Shown piece by piece: positions 47,558-48,640 of a stretch of 48,640 nucleotides of DNA. The stretch is from an uncultured Pirellulales bacterium (lineage in GTDB: Bacteria > Planctomycetota > Planctomycetia > Pirellulales > UBA1268). Position 1 is the stretch's first letter, and each line of letters starts with the position of its first letter. A program made the translations under genes and the position numbers. The notes under the pieces were generated by a model that made no database searches, was not told where the DNA came from, and was given only the letters and a program-made list of their open reading frames with translations. The stretch covers positions 1 to 48,640 of the forward strand of contig CBFIHW010000003.1 in the NCBI GenBank assembly GCA_965662325.1. The letters run 5' to 3'.

Positions 47558-48340
47558 TCATGAATTCCTCTCTACTGGACGTACCGGAATCCCACGACTG
47601 AGAAACATGTCCTTTACTTCTGCAATAGTGCAGGCTCCAAAATGAAAGATTCCGGCAGCAAGAACGGCATCAGCCGCTCCGTATTCAATTGCATCGGCCA
47701 AGTGCTCTGGCTTGCCAGCACCACCACTGGCTACGACAGGAATTCCAACAGCTCGACTCACTGCAGCAGTCATCTCGAGGTCATACCCATCCCGTGTCCC
47801 ATCTCGATCCATGCACGTGAGAACAATTTCACCTGCACCCAACTGCTCGACTCGTCGTGCCCAATCAACTGCCTCGATACCAGTCGGCACACGACCTCCG
47901 TTTACAAAAACCTCCCACACCTCTTTTCCGTCTTTGACAATCCGCTTTGGGTCGATATTGACGACGGTGGCACAGCTTCCGAGACGATTTGCGACTTCCG
48001 TTACCAGGTCGGGTGTCTTTACCGCCGATGAATTAATACTCACCTTTTCCGCACCAGCATGAATGAGTTCAACAGCATCGTCTAGGGTCCGGATACCGCC
48101 ACCCACGGTGAATGGCATAAACACGGTTTCAGCTACTCGCCGGACCATATCAAGCATAATTGCCCGACCTTCATGGCTGGCCGTAATATCAAGAAAGACT
48201 AATTCGTCTGCACCTTCAGATTCATACCGAGCGGCCACAGCCACAGGATCACCAGCATCAACAAGTTCGAGAAACTTCGTTCCTTTTACAACACGTCCCT
48301 TTTCAACATCGAGACACGGAATAATACGTTTCGCGAGCAT
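47558..48340 (-). CDS. hisF: Imidazole glycerol phosphate synthase cyclase subunit
   Basis: [39 protein letters not shown] and ASGGAG. Confidence 0.97.
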   Translation of the reverse strand: MLAKRIIPCLDVEKGRVVKGTKFLELVDAGDPVAVAARYESEGADELVFLDITASHEGRAIMLDMVRRVAETVFMPFTVGGGIRTLDDAVELIHAGAEKVSINSSAVKTPDLVTEVANRLGSCATVVNIDPKRIVKDGKEVWEVFVNGGRVPTGIEAVDWARRVEQLGAGEIVLTCMDRDGTRDGYDLEMTAAVSRAVGIPVVASGGAGKPEHLADAIEYGAADAVLAAGIFHFGACTIAEVKDMFLSRGIPVRPVERNS

Positions 48341-48357
48341 ATCAGAGTGCCTGCAAT

Positions 48358-48639
48358 TCAAGATGATTCATGGATTCGGCCGGATTCGGGACTTGATGCG
48401 GTTGCGTATCGCTTACGAGGAATTCGTCCAGCAAGAAATGCATATCGGCCAGCCGCACAAGCAGATCGCATTGCAAGAGCCATCGTCAGTGGATCAGTGG
48501 CATGTGCGATTGCCGTATTCAAAAGAACACCATCAACACCAAGCTCCATAGCAACTGCAACGTCACTTGCCGTGCCAACACCCGCATCGACGATCACTGG
48601 ATACTCAGGATCACCGTCTTTCAGGTATTCAAGACAGAT
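48358..48639 (-). CDS. thiG: Thiazole synthase, C-terminal part (5'-partial at window edge)
   Basis: [32 protein letters not shown]...[18 protein letters not shown]. The frame is open to the window end. Confidence 0.93.
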   Translation of the reverse strand: MCLEYLKDGDPEYPVIVDAGVGTASDVAVAMELGVDGVLLNTAIAHATDPLTMALAMRSACAAGRYAFLAGRIPRKRYATASSPESGRIHESS

Positions 48640-48640
48640 G

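Noticed and set aside
1-48640. Genome-wide TGA reassignment (alternative genetic code)
   Set aside because: Many intact genes here end at TGA at the expected C-terminus (top6B, sigma-54 activator, hisF, DUF1501) and Trp is encoded by TGG.
1-48640. tRNA, rRNA, mobile element or prophage
   Set aside because: No cloverleaf or rRNA signature was seen in the intergenic gaps, and there is no integrase, transposase or phage gene or obvious compositional island. This was a by-eye scan only.

Overview
This is a gene-dense chromosomal segment of about 38 CDS from a planctomycete, most likely Pirellulales-like. The assignment rests on the PSCyt1/DUF1549/DUF1553 + DUF1501 pair, a Val/Gln-rich repeat protein, a thioredoxin-trypsin fusion and several planctomycete-type secreted hypotheticals. 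Recognisable housekeeping genes are top6B, glgA, argH, lipA, lnt, metG, epmA, pilT, hisF and a partial thiG. I saw no rRNA, tRNA, CRISPR array, integrase or transposase. The most unusual observations are: (1) a membrane-anchored PilB/GspE-like pseudo-ATPase directly downstream of an intact PilT; (2) a LipB-like protein lacking both catalytic residues, coupled to a 1361-aa unknown protein and lipA, plus a free lipoyl-like domain lacking its lysine in an lnt operon; (3) a topoisomerase VI B subunit with a duplicated H2TH domain and no adjacent A subunit; (4) a DinG/YoaA helicase interrupted by a single in-frame TGA; (5) two leaders with GGA-loop hairpins resembling CsrA/RsmA sites; (6) an unannotated 47-aa membrane protein. 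All family assignments come from motif recognition by eye; no database search was run.
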